In this document: piece after piece, positions 37,357 to 47,080 of the stretch | Position numbering within the stretch: the stretch's first letter is position 1 | Layout: every line of letters starts with the position of its first letter | Virus record (IMG/VR): IMGVR_UViG_3300032093_000013 | Length of the DNA stretch: 64,000 bases | Direction: 5' to 3' (one strand) | Origin: a virus | Notes under the pieces: model-generated | What the model was told of the DNA's origin: nothing | Databases searched by the model: none | Seen by the model: only the letters and a program-made list of their open reading frames with translations | Translations under genes and position numbers: made by a program

Positions 37357-38964
37357 TCACATCACCACATTATAATTCATTTGTGAATAAAGCACATAAA
37401 AATTATCAGTATTGGAAGATGGTATGAATGGCACATCAGTCAATGGTTCTTGTTGTGCTACCATTGTTTGTGTTCTATCTCTACCACCACCTGCCATAAT
37501 AATATTTGCCTTTGCTTCAGGTAATGTTCCAACAGGAGTAGTTGGTTTTGGTGGTGCCTGCATGTTTGCCGCTGGTTTTTCTTGAATCAATCCTTCGATA
37601 TTTAATGTTCCGTAAGGAGATGCTGTTTCTTGTGCTAAAGGTTGTGCTGGTGCCTGTAACATATTTGCAGTATCCACACTGAATTTCATTTCAGATGCTG
37701 GCGGCATTGCTGGTGTTTGTGGTTGTGATGGAGACACTTTTGCTGCTGTTGGTGTTGGTGTTGGCGCATTATCTTTTTTCTTACCCAAGAATGTTCCTTC
37801 AAAAGCACCATACTCTCTTGCAATGTCAACACCTAAAGCAGGAAGTCCGATAATTGGGACAGCAGATGCGTAGGACAACAATCCGCCCGTGATATCTCCT
37901 TTTGCAATTCTGTAAGTTCCAACTCCAAGTGCTATAGGAGCAAAAAGTTTAGAAGCAACATTTCCAGCTCCCCTTAAAACTCCTTGAGCACCTTTTCCAA
38001 TATTTCCAATTCCACCTAAAAACCTTCCCAAAGGTCCGCTTCTACTCAAAACTCTTCCACCACTTGTAGTAATGGGAGTCCTACCACCAGCACCTGTAAT
38101 TGCTCTTGCTGCCCCTCTACCAAGTCCAAGCAACCCACCAATTGCTGACCCTGCTAATCTAAAAGGTGCTAAAGCAATTCTAGCAACAAGTGCCCCCAAT
38201 CTCAATGTTAATCCAGTAATCGTTCTCATTAAGAGACCGAATCCTATTTTAACAGCAGCAAAAGCACCTATTGCATATAAAACATTCTTAATAACATTAT
38301 TCTTAATTTCTTCAAGTTTTTTACTATTTCCTTCAGTCAGTGCTTTTAAGGTTTCAATACCTTGATTTGTAAGCCATCCAAAGAATAATGTTGTCAGAGA
38401 CCCCATAATACGGTCAAACAAACTTGTAATGGTTTGTTGAAGTTTGAGTATTGGTCTTGCAAGTGCCGCTTGAATTCCTCTTTCAAGAGCACTTTCTTTA
38501 CCAAGACGAATTTTACGCTCTGCTAATCTTCTTTCTTGTTCTTGCTCTTGCTTGAGTTGATTTTGCTCAACAGCACTTTCTGCTTGCAATAATTTGGCAG
38601 TGTTTTGCACTCCCTGATTTAAGTCGGTGACTTGCACACGAATCACATCAAGACTCTGCTGAAGACCGCCAACTGTTTGTTGAGTTGTTTGAATGCTTAA
38701 GTCTTGTGCTCTATCAACTAAACTAACTTGAGGTCTAACTACAATTGCTGTGCCAGTAGTGGCGCCAGCACCGCCACCTCCTCCACCTACTCCAGCACTA
38801 CCTCCACCGCCAGAGACTACACGCCCACCAAAAACAGTTCTTGGGAGGGTTGTAATTCTACCTAAAGAAAATTTTTGAAGGGTAATTCTTTCTGTGCCAG
38901 TATAATACCCACCACCCGGTTTTTCACCTGTTTGTGCTCTTAAACCAGCTTCTGCCCTATCCAT
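37357..38964 (-). CDS. tape-measure-like protein
   Basis: coiled coil plus G/A-rich hydrophobic segments; follows gp26/gp51. Confidence 0.6.
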   Translation of the reverse strand: MDRAEAGLRAQTGEKPGGGYYTGTERITLQKFSLGRITTLPRTVFGGRVVSGGGGSAGVGGGGGGAGATTGTAIVVRPQVSLVDRAQDLSIQTTQQTVGGLQQSLDVIRVQVTDLNQGVQNTAKLLQAESAVEQNQLKQEQEQERRLAERKIRLGKESALERGIQAALARPILKLQQTITSLFDRIMGSLTTLFFGWLTNQGIETLKALTEGNSKKLEEIKNNVIKNVLYAIGAFAAVKIGFGLLMRTITGLTLRLGALVARIALAPFRLAGSAIGGLLGLGRGAARAITGAGGRTPITTSGGRVLSRSGPLGRFLGGIGNIGKGAQGVLRGAGNVASKLFAPIALGVGTYRIAKGDITGGLLSYASAVPIIGLPALGVDIAREYGAFEGTFLGKKKDNAPTPTPTAAKVSPSQPQTPAMPPASEMKFSVDTANMLQAPAQPLAQETASPYGTLNIEGLIQEKPAANMQAPPKPTTPVGTLPEAKANIIMAGGGRDRTQTMVAQQEPLTDVPFIPSSNTDNFYVLYSQMNYNVVM

Positions 38965-39130
38965 TCGCTTGATTCTTCAGGGTTTCCTCTTCAATATATT
39001 GTTGGAGAAGAGTAATATAAACCTCCCTTTCCCAAGGAATCATATTTTCCAACTCTGTTAATGAATATTTATGGTGCTGAATCAAGGCAAAGTTTGTCTT
39101 GTAGTATGATGCAAGGTCTTCGTGCATCAT
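38957..39130 (-). CDS. baseplate hub assembly protein gp51-like (57 aa)
   Basis: hand-translated YYKTNFALIQHHKYSLTELENMIPWEREVY. Confidence 0.8.
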   Translation of the reverse strand: MMHEDLASYYKTNFALIQHHKYSLTELENMIPWEREVYITLLQQYIEEETLKNQANG

Positions 39131-39132
39131 TC

Positions 39133-39852
39133 CTAGGCGAAAAAACTTGTTAGACCCTCCAATACTACTTCACTTTCCACTTCAGTATTTGGATTTGTAA
39201 CTTTAATAGTATGAGAAAGTTTAGGCATTGTTTCAAAAAACTTTTCAATGTCTTTAAACTGTTGAGAAGTTAGTTGCTCAAGAAATTCCTTAAGTTCTTT
39301 TTTTGTTACATCAGAAGATGACCAAGACTCTTCTTCACTATAAATCTGCTCAATACAAGAGGTAATCATATCAAATGTTTCATCAACAGAAATTTCAGAT
39401 CCAGCAATAAAATTACTCTTGACAAATTCTTGCATTGATGGATATCTCATTCTCAAAGTTAAACTATCATCAAGTTTGATATCTCTCGAATGGTCTTCTC
39501 TAAACTCAACTTCAATATCATCTAGATTGATACTTACAGGAACTTGTGTATTTCCATCATCGGGACAAGTAATTAAAACATCAACGGTTTCACCAACAGA
39601 TTTTCCACGAATGTTGAGGAACAAATATTCAATATCAAAAGTTGCAAGTTGCTCAATCTTAATTCCACGAGTAACAATGCAATTGCCAATTACTGTTTTT
39701 ACTGCTTCAGCAATTTGCTTTGGGTCTTCACTTTCCATTGCAATGATTAAAACCTTTTCTTCCTTCACAAGAAATGGGCGATACTTGATACTTTTCTTTA
39801 GAGAAGGAATTTCCAACTCATAGGTCGGTGTTGAAATTTTTGGTAAAGGCAT
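39133..39852 (-). CDS. baseplate hub subunit gp26
   Basis: MPLPK..YRPFLVKEEK..DIEYLFLNIRGKSVGE. Confidence 0.9.
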   Translation of the reverse strand: MPLPKISTPTYELEIPSLKKSIKYRPFLVKEEKVLIIAMESEDPKQIAEAVKTVIGNCIVTRGIKIEQLATFDIEYLFLNIRGKSVGETVDVLITCPDDGNTQVPVSINLDDIEVEFREDHSRDIKLDDSLTLRMRYPSMQEFVKSNFIAGSEISVDETFDMITSCIEQIYSEEESWSSSDVTKKELKEFLEQLTSQQFKDIEKFFETMPKLSHTIKVTNPNTEVESEVVLEGLTSFFA

Positions 39853-39882
39853 AATAACCTATAGAAACGTCAGTAAAGTTAT

Positions 39883-40722
39883 TTAGAAGAGAGTTTCTGA
39901 GTTCGCTTGTGTAGATAATGGATTTGAAGATAAAGAATCTGATGCTGACTGAAGTGCTTCGCTATTGCTTACTCCAAAAGTATAAGTTTCCTGAGATGCT
40001 CGGAAAACATCCTCTGCAGATTGTGGAGCCGATGGAATATTCTGCGGTTGAAGAGGATTGAGATTATTATTATTTCCGATAACAAATTGATTAAAGGAAT
40101 TTGTTGCTCCAGCAATATAACGATCGTATTGAAAAGAAGCAGAAACTTTTAAAGTATCTGATGACGTATATGAAACAGGAACTGAACTTATGTTTAATGG
40201 AAACAACCCTCTAAAATTATATACAATCTCCCTTCGATAATCCCTATCAAACTTAACTATTCTAACTTGATTTGCCTTATAATATTGGGGGTATTGCATT
40301 CTCACAAAATAATTACTGACATTTTGACTAATTGGTGCGTTTTCACCAATAAGACCTTGATTATTAAAAGACCCACTGGCAATAAATTCCATCCAACATT
40401 CTAAAAAGTTAAGCATTTGATAATCACTATCGACATAAAAATCTAGAGTGATTTCTGAATAGATTCTAGAGCTTGCAAACTTTTCTTGAACTCCCATATA
40501 ATTTCCATCAACTGTAAAAGATCCTAATGATGTTGTTGGAAGCACAGCAGAGTAGCATAACAGACCAGCGCCTTCAGCAATAAATCTGGGATTGATTCCC
40601 CTTCTAGAAAGGTAAAACATCAACTCTGGAGGCAGCATTCCAAATTGCACTTCATAATGAGAAGTTTGTGCAAGATTGGTTAGCAGTGGTTTAATATCCG
40701 ATATTCTGCGAGGAAATGCCAC
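39883..40722 (-). CDS. tail tube-like protein (gp19/gp54 family)
   Basis: LLCYSAVLP...FYVDSDY..LECWMEFI...LFPLNI. Confidence 0.7.
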   Translation of the reverse strand: MAFPRRISDIKPLLTNLAQTSHYEVQFGMLPPELMFYLSRRGINPRFIAEGAGLLCYSAVLPTTSLGSFTVDGNYMGVQEKFASSRIYSEITLDFYVDSDYQMLNFLECWMEFIASGSFNNQGLIGENAPISQNVSNYFVRMQYPQYYKANQVRIVKFDRDYRREIVYNFRGLFPLNISSVPVSYTSSDTLKVSASFQYDRYIAGATNSFNQFVIGNNNNLNPLQPQNIPSAPQSAEDVFRASQETYTFGVSNSEALQSASDSLSSNPLSTQANSETLF

Positions 40723-40763
40723 TCTAAATACCTTATACGAGTCTTATATTATTAAGTATTTAG

Positions 40764-41201
40764 ATGTCATATAAGGGAAAATATAAACCATCGCATCCTG
40801 AAAAATACAACGGAGATCCTACAAATATCATTTATCGATCTCTTTGGGAAAGAAAGTTTTGTGTCTATTGTGATACGAATGAAAAAATAATTGAATGGTC
40901 ATCAGAAGAAAAAGCAATTCCTTATCGGTCACCAATCGACGGAAAGATACATCGGTACTTTCCAGACTTCCTTATTAAAGTCAAAGAATCTGATGGTAGT
41001 ATTAAAAAATATATGATTGAGATTAAACCCTCAAAACAAACAGTGCCTCCCCCAAAACCAAAGAGACAAACAAAGCAATACATTGCAGAGGTTTATGAGT
41101 ATGCTAAAAATCAATCAAAGTGGGAAGCAGCAAGAGAATGGTGTGCTGATCGTGGGTATGAGTTTAAGGTAATCACCGAACACGAATTGGGAATTAAGTA
41201 A
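40764..41201 (+). CDS. head completion nuclease gp4
   Basis: YRSLWE..WSSEE..HRYFPDF..IEIKP. Confidence 0.9.
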   Translation: MSYKGKYKPSHPEKYNGDPTNIIYRSLWERKFCVYCDTNEKIIEWSSEEKAIPYRSPIDGKIHRYFPDFLIKVKESDGSIKKYMIEIKPSKQTVPPPKPKRQTKQYIAEVYEYAKNQSKWEAAREWCADRGYEFKVITEHELGIK

Positions 41202-41575
41202 TGCCAAGAAAGACTTTACAACAAAGAAAAAGAAGTCGTATTACCCTTCTTGTAAAAAATCTGCTTGGGACAGAAAATGCTAATGATATTATGAATAAAT
41301 TAAAGACTATTTTACCAGAAACTGTAGGACCACCGAAGGCAGGTAAGTTTTATATTTTTGTATATAACGCAAAGACTTCTGGAGTGAGATATGACCAAAA
41401 TCCTTTAGTCGCAGTTACAGAAGTTTTTAATTGGGGATTTAGAGGAATCAATTATCACTGGGGAGAAGTGCGCCAATACACTTGGGATGAAGTTGCAGGT
41501 GCTGTCTATGAGGTCTATAGGGAAGAAATAGATGACTTAAGGCGATTGCCTTTCAGCAACATTCTAACTAAATAG
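41201..41575 (+). CDS. DNA end protector gp2-like
   Basis: YIFVYNAKT..YDQNPLV..GFRGINYH. Confidence 0.75.
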   Translation: MPRKTLQQRKRSRITLLVKNLLGTENANDIMNKLKTILPETVGPPKAGKFYIFVYNAKTSGVRYDQNPLVAVTEVFNWGFRGINYHWGEVRQYTWDEVAGAVYEVYREEIDDLRRLPFSNILTK

Positions 41576-41587
41576 TTCAAAAAATAA

Positions 41588-42505
41588 ATGTCCAAACCAA
41601 CAGTATTCAGATACCCATTAGGTCTCATAGATCAGAATACTGACTATGTAAAAATTGATGCTTATAAGTATCGTCCTCCAGGACTTAATGTTCCTACACA
41701 GCAAAACTTTTCTTTTGCTCAAAAAAGTTCTGATGGACTATATGATAGTTTGGGTGCAAAAGAAATAAGAGGGACTATTATTTTACCCATTCCACAAAGT
41801 ATGCCTACCAACACACAATCTGCGAGTTGGTCTGAAGGTAGAATGGGTCCAGGAGCAACTTTAGGATTGGGAATAGCATCTAAAACTATAGAAAGTAAAG
41901 ATTTTTTTAGTAATTTGGGGTCAAGTTTAGCAGCAGCTGCTGTTGGTATCAGCAAAGCTGCACAAACAACACTAGGTCAAAAAGGATTGCAAAGTTTTTT
42001 TGCTGCAAAAGGTGTTGAACAATTGCTAGGGCAAGATGGTCTATTTAATGATGTTTTAGCAAGACAAACAGGAGCAGTATTTAATGAAAATATTGAATTG
42101 TTATTCAGAGGTTTAAATCTTCGAGCACCATTTCAATTTGCCTTCGATTTGGCGCCAAGAGATGATAAAGAAGCACAAGTAATTCGAAATATGGTCATTT
42201 TCCTTAAAAAAGAAATGGCAGCTAGAAAAGGAAGCCAAACTGGAGCAGCTGCTGGATTATTCTTAACTGCTCCAAGCGTTTTTAAAGTTCAATATATGAG
42301 TGGTGGAAAACCACATCCATATCTCAACAAGTTTAAAATTTGCGCCCTTACTGATTTAGCACTTAACTTTACTGGGTCTAATACATATGCAACCTATTCT
42401 GACGGAACTCCAGTGCATATGAGTTTGGGATTAACATTCCAAGAGTTGACTCCAATTTACGCCCAAGACTACCCGGAAAGAAACGAAACAGGAGTTGGAT
42501 ACTAA
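41588..42505 (+). CDS. baseplate tail tube cap gp48
   Basis: ELLFRG..FQFAFDLAPR..CALTD..FQEL. Confidence 0.8.
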   Translation: MSKPTVFRYPLGLIDQNTDYVKIDAYKYRPPGLNVPTQQNFSFAQKSSDGLYDSLGAKEIRGTIILPIPQSMPTNTQSASWSEGRMGPGATLGLGIASKTIESKDFFSNLGSSLAAAAVGISKAAQTTLGQKGLQSFFAAKGVEQLLGQDGLFNDVLARQTGAVFNENIELLFRGLNLRAPFQFAFDLAPRDDKEAQVIRNMVIFLKKEMAARKGSQTGAAAGLFLTAPSVFKVQYMSGGKPHPYLNKFKICALTDLALNFTGSNTYATYSDGTPVHMSLGLTFQELTPIYAQDYPERNETGVGY

Positions 42506-43197
42506 TGACATACTTCAGAGAACTTCCAAATTTAGAATATCAATCCTTTTTACCAGGAACTAAATCTTCTCATCAATATGTCACGGTAAAGAATTTATTC
42601 CGTAGAGTTAAACTTCGTGACGACTTACAAAATGTCTTCACTATCTTTGACAAATATCAAATTCCAGATGGTTCCAGACCAGAGTTGGTCGCACAAGAAC
42701 TTTATGGAAGCGTTCAATATGATTGGGTTGTGATTGTATCTGCAGGAATTACAAGACTTAGAGATGAATGGCCACTTTCCGATAAACAAGTCTATGATTA
42801 TTCGGAATCAATTTATGGAAGTGACTTAAATGAAATTCATCATTATGAAACCAAAGAAGTCAAAGACCCAGAAGATCGTTTAATTTTACCTTCTGGTCAA
42901 GTTGTTGATGAAGACTTTAAAGTTTATTATACTTACGATGGAAATCTTTATACAAATGACGCAACAGCACTTGGAGAAAATGTCATTCGCATATCAGACC
43001 CAATTGTGGGTGTGAGTAATTATGAATATGAAGTCAGAAAAAACAATGATAAAAGAGGTATCTACGTATTAAAACCAAGATACCTCCAACAAGTTATTAA
43101 TGATACAAGAAAAGCGATGATCTATGATAGGTCATCGCAGTATGTGAATGATAGATTAATTAAGACTGAAAACACAAAGGTTTCAATTCCATTTTAA
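42505..43197 (+). CDS. baseplate wedge subunit gp53
   Basis: YFRELP..NLFRR..RPELVAQELYG..HHYET. Confidence 0.9.
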   Translation: MTYFRELPNLEYQSFLPGTKSSHQYVTVKNLFRRVKLRDDLQNVFTIFDKYQIPDGSRPELVAQELYGSVQYDWVVIVSAGITRLRDEWPLSDKQVYDYSESIYGSDLNEIHHYETKEVKDPEDRLILPSGQVVDEDFKVYYTYDGNLYTNDATALGENVIRISDPIVGVSNYEYEVRKNNDKRGIYVLKPRYLQQVINDTRKAMIYDRSSQYVNDRLIKTENTKVSIPF

Positions 43198-43219
43198 AGG
43201 AGGAGATTTCTCTCCTCCT
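43198..43219. terminator. hairpin terminator between convergent gp53 and gp32
   Basis: AGGAGGAGA-TTTC-TCTCCTCCT. Confidence 0.7.
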
Positions 43220-43227
43220 CATACACA

Positions 43228-44151
43228 TCAGTCTTCGGCAAGTTTTGCGAAGTACGAAAGTGCGTCATCATCCTCATCTTCTTCCACTGGAGCAGCAGCA
43301 CGACGAGTGGGTTGAAGATTATTCAGTTCGCTACGAAGACCATCATCAAGGTCCCTTGCAGAACCACGAGAATACTCTTCCTCGTTATCAACTTCTTCAT
43401 CGAGACGCACAGACTTTGCACCAAGCACTGAATCAAGACGCTTCTTCAATTCTTCATAAGTCTTGAATTGGTCAGGAGCAACAAATTCGGTAAGAGAATA
43501 CTGCTTCTTCCAGATTGCTTCCATTGCATCATCATCGTCCAGAAGAGCTCCAACCGAAGCAAACTCACTGGAATCATAGTTACGATAACCAGCAACACTC
43601 TTTGCCTTCAGTTTGAAGTTTGCACCTTGCCAGAAGTCAAAGGCATTAATCGGAGTTTCGTCCTCATATTCAGGTTGCATTGCTTCCATAATCTTATCAA
43701 AGATTTTCTTACCATACTTGAAGAGGAAGACTTTACCTTCGTTTTCAGGATTGGCAGGGTCTTTGACGACATAAACATTGCTGACATAAGTCAGTTTACG
43801 CTTCTGCTTACGGGCAACTTCTTTGCCAGCATCAGTGCCATTATTCCAGAGTCCAGAGTTGTGCTCGCACACAGGGCACTTTTGATTCACGGTAGTCAGG
43901 CACGTATCAATTAACCAACCACCAGGACCTTGAAATGCGTGACTATAAACTTTGACAAACGGAATATCTTCCCCATTAGGAGCAGGAAGAAAACGGATTA
44001 CGGCATAACCATTATTTGACTTATCTACACTCAACTTCCAAAAGCGGTCATCACTAGAACTTTCGGAGTTATTCATTTTTTCTACTTCTTTCACCAGTTT
44101 TTCGGTGAGAGAACCAAGTTTGGATTGCTTCTTAAGATTTTCGAATGACAT
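43228..44151 (-). CDS. single-stranded DNA-binding protein gp32
   Basis: DDRFWK..AVIRFLPAP..CPVCE..YGKKIFDKI; acidic tail. Confidence 0.95.
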   Translation of the reverse strand: MSFENLKKQSKLGSLTEKLVKEVEKMNNSESSSDDRFWKLSVDKSNNGYAVIRFLPAPNGEDIPFVKVYSHAFQGPGGWLIDTCLTTVNQKCPVCEHNSGLWNNGTDAGKEVARKQKRKLTYVSNVYVVKDPANPENEGKVFLFKYGKKIFDKIMEAMQPEYEDETPINAFDFWQGANFKLKAKSVAGYRNYDSSEFASVGALLDDDDAMEAIWKKQYSLTEFVAPDQFKTYEELKKRLDSVLGAKSVRLDEEVDNEEEYSRGSARDLDDGLRSELNNLQPTRRAAAPVEEDEDDDALSYFAKLAED

Positions 44152-44192
44152 AGGATTTTTAGGATACTTGGGATGAATTGGATTACTTGGAT

Positions 44193-44221
44193 ATTATAGC
44201 AAAAATGCTCTCAACCGTCAA
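44193..44221 (-). promoter_or_regulatory. sigma70-type promoter of gp32
   Basis: TTGACG-N17-TATAAT. Confidence 0.7.
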
Positions 44222-44543
44222 TGAATTGCTTGAGAGATTCGATGGTTTTGGTCATACTGCTAAACAGTACTCCCATATCAGTCTCTGGTGGGAAACCCAT
44301 CAGGGCAACTGATTTACGAAGATTCTCTTTCATCACAACCGCTTCTGGGTCATCCGAAAGAGACAATCTTGTATACATTACTCTCTGTTTTTCAAGTAAC
44401 ATTTCAAGTCTTTCAATATGCTCCAGTTTATCTTCACGGGACATAACACCAAAAGTCAAAATGCTTCCATATATACTCTCTTGTAACTGATTGATTTCTT
44501 TCAGTTCTTCCTGAATAATATCAGAATCAAAAAATTTACTCAT
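44211..44543 (-). CDS. DUF1825-like cyanobacterial/cyanophage protein
   Basis: FFDSDIIQEE...RLSLSDDPEA. Confidence 0.7.
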   Translation of the reverse strand: MSKFFDSDIIQEELKEINQLQESIYGSILTFGVMSREDKLEHIERLEMLLEKQRVMYTRLSLSDDPEAVVMKENLRKSVALMGFPPETDMGVLFSSMTKTIESLKQFIDG

Positions 44544-45132
44544 TGATAATTTCCCGTAAAATCTTCTTGAATTGAAACACATCAATATTTAGAAATGGAT
44601 TGTATTTTTTCATTTTTAAACTGACGGTTTCCCATACCGGATCTGAAAGTTTCTTATCAAACTTTTTCCCGAACAGGAATATTTTATCATAGATGATTAG
44701 AGTTTCAATAGAAATCTTCCCGCTCAGGAATCTTTTTAGAACGGGTGGATGACCTTTGGAACAGTTCAAGGCATCCTCTAATTTTGTTTCCAAGAACAAT
44801 TCGCTGCTTTGCTCTTTGAACAAGTAAGTCAAACTCTGTTGTCTCCGCATCCAATCTGCGTATTTCCTTTCGCCAGAATTGATAATTTCGCCAATCCATA
44901 AATTACTCGCGTTGTCTGCCTCTACAAAATTTGATACTAAAAAATCTACGACTTCTTTGTCAGAGTATTTGCGACTTGTTTTCTCGAACCAATATTTATC
45001 GCGCCTCTTATTAAAGGAAGCAATACTGGCACGGGTCTTCGCACCATACTTGAAGAAATCGTATTTTGGATTTGTAAAATGATTTTTAAGTGACAGATAA
45101 TGTTGATAAGTTTCAAATGGAGTCACAATCAT
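44536..45132 (-). CDS. helicase loader gp59
   Basis: YLSLKNHFT..YDFFKY..ISIETL; gene order gp33-gp59-gp32. Confidence 0.85.
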   Translation of the reverse strand: MIVTPFETYQHYLSLKNHFTNPKYDFFKYGAKTRASIASFNKRRDKYWFEKTSRKYSDKEVVDFLVSNFVEADNASNLWIGEIINSGERKYADWMRRQQSLTYLFKEQSSELFLETKLEDALNCSKGHPPVLKRFLSGKISIETLIIYDKIFLFGKKFDKKLSDPVWETVSLKMKKYNPFLNIDVFQFKKILREIINE

Positions 45133-45389
45133 AGAGGCAGTTTTGCACGCGAGGTCCGCTTCATAAAGTTTAAACTTATCGCATCATATTTCAACTTTTC
45201 TTTTAGAGGTTTTGAAATAAGTTTTGTAACTGACTCAACTTCAAGACTATTGATCTCACAATAATGACAAATTGCGTCAATATAATTGAAGTTTTCTTCA
45301 ATTACAATTTTCTCTATTTCTAGAGCAAACTTTGAAGGAGTAAGAAACTTATTTTCTATGACTTGTTCTAATTCTTTATTTGGTTCCAT
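45129..45389 (-). CDS. late promoter transcription coactivator gp33
   Basis: FALEIEKIV..NYIDAI..LKEKLKYDA; start MEPNKE. Confidence 0.85.
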   Translation of the reverse strand: MEPNKELEQVIENKFLTPSKFALEIEKIVIEENFNYIDAICHYCEINSLEVESVTKLISKPLKEKLKYDAISLNFMKRTSRAKLPL

Positions 45390-46059
45390 AGATCTCCAGT
45401 TTATCTCTAACAAACTTTCTAATGTATTCGGTGAGAAGTTTGATGTATTTTGATTTGTCATATTCTTCATAAACGACGCATTCTCCATTTTCACAAGCCA
45501 TGATGATTACAAGTTTTTTGACTGAAATACCAGTCAGTTCATATAGCATACAACCATATGCCATACATTGAACAAAATAGTGTTCAATCCACTCGCGTGG
45601 TTTTGGTTTTTTAGAAGTCTTAAAGTCAATTATTGCTAACTCGCCGTTATATTCAGCGATACAATCAACTGTCCCAGCAATACCCAGTTGCTTACTATAT
45701 AGGGACCCTTCAAGGGCGTAAATATTATTTATGCGCTTTATCTCCGTTTTCGCAATCTTAAAAAGAAAATCCGCAATCGGCGCAACAGACGGCAAATCTT
45801 GATTCTTAAGGTAGTGCTCCGTAAGAGAATGCATATCCGTGCCGCGAGAAGTCGCCGCTTTAGTAATCTTATCAGCTTCCTCCTCACCGACCTTTTTACG
45901 CCAATTGACAAAGATTTCACGATTAAAATGACTCGTAATAGAAGTAATGGATACTAACTTAAGGAGTTTTTCCTCATCTGGCACAGAATAATATCTTACA
46001 CCATCAATCGTTTCACGCTCCAACTTTGGGAGTTCAATATCAATATGATTAAACATCAA
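45376..46059 (-). CDS. PD-(D/E)XK exonuclease
   Basis: RGTDMH..AGTVDCIA..IIDFKTS..YFVQ..AY. Confidence 0.85.
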   Translation of the reverse strand: MMFNHIDIELPKLERETIDGVRYYSVPDEEKLLKLVSITSITSHFNREIFVNWRKKVGEEEADKITKAATSRGTDMHSLTEHYLKNQDLPSVAPIADFLFKIAKTEIKRINNIYALEGSLYSKQLGIAGTVDCIAEYNGELAIIDFKTSKKPKPREWIEHYFVQCMAYGCMLYELTGISVKKLVIIMACENGECVVYEEYDKSKYIKLLTEYIRKFVRDKLEIYGTK

Positions 46060-46814
46060 AAACCAGCATCCATTTTCGCAATAATGTATTCTTTGACAAG
46101 TCCAGAACGAACAATATCGTCTACACCAAATTCAATTATATCAAAAGATGGCATTTTACGCAATACTGACATAAAATCTACAATACCATTACGCTCATTT
46201 GTTTTCTGTAAGTCTGATTGAGAAGCATCACCACAGAAACAAATCTTGGTATTCTCACCAACACGAGTAATGATGGAATCAAGTTCGTGGAAGTTTAGAT
46301 TCTGAAACTCGTCCACAATAATGATTGCATTATCAAGAGTCGTTCCGCGAAGAAAAGAAGTTGACCAGAACTTAATTGTTTCTTGCGACTTTAAGTTGCC
46401 ATAGAGCATCTCAAATTCAGAATCACTAGGCATCTGGAACATATACTTCACCATATTCTTATAAGGAATCTGGTAAATATCTGCCTTATCTTCGTGAGAA
46501 CCAGGAAGGAAACCAATTTCTCTTGTCGCAACTAATGAACGAACAAGATAGATTTTCTCATAAGGAGTTGATTCATCTAGAACGTCAGCAAGAGCATTGT
46601 AAAGAGTAATAAAGGTCTTACCCGTTCCAGCACACCCGTAGGCAACTAGATGTTTACCGTCAGTATAAGATTCAAACAAACGCTTTTGGTTTTCTGTAAG
46701 AGGGTCAATATCAACCAAGTATTCTGCACTTAGAGGTTTTCTCCTCTTCATTTGTTTTGCGGTCAGACCAACACCGATTGGTTGATCGTTGTTTCCTCTT
46801 TTTCTTCTTGCCAT
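46056..46814 (-). CDS. phoH: PhoH-like ATPase
   Basis: GCAGTGKT, GFLPG, RGTTL, DEFQN, GDASQSD. Confidence 0.95.
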   Translation of the reverse strand: MARRKRGNNDQPIGVGLTAKQMKRRKPLSAEYLVDIDPLTENQKRLFESYTDGKHLVAYGCAGTGKTFITLYNALADVLDESTPYEKIYLVRSLVATREIGFLPGSHEDKADIYQIPYKNMVKYMFQMPSDSEFEMLYGNLKSQETIKFWSTSFLRGTTLDNAIIIVDEFQNLNFHELDSIITRVGENTKICFCGDASQSDLQKTNERNGIVDFMSVLRKMPSFDIIEFGVDDIVRSGLVKEYIIAKMDAGF

Positions 46815-46815
46815 A

Positions 46816-47055
46816 TTAGAGTTTTTTTACAGTTGAACCGGGCATTTTTTGAGCACGACCTAAGACATCATTCCACGAAGGATGTTTTTGAGTTAATTTA
46901 TTTCTCCAATCTCCCACCTCACCAACATTCATTTGTGTTGGAATGAGTGGTTTGAGATGAGGATTTTCTTTGAGATATGGGTCCTTTTCTGCCATAAGCA
47001 TCCATTTCTCAAAGATTTCACCAGTTTCAGTATTTTCGAAGCGATATGTAGGCAT
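46816..47055 (-). CDS. conserved hypothetical protein (FmdB-like N-terminus)
   Basis: MPTYRFENTETGE. Confidence 0.7.
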   Translation of the reverse strand: MPTYRFENTETGEIFEKWMLMAEKDPYLKENPHLKPLIPTQMNVGEVGDWRNKLTQKHPSWNDVLGRAQKMPGSTVKKL

Positions 47056-47080
47056 CAGTTATAATCTCAACATAAAATAT

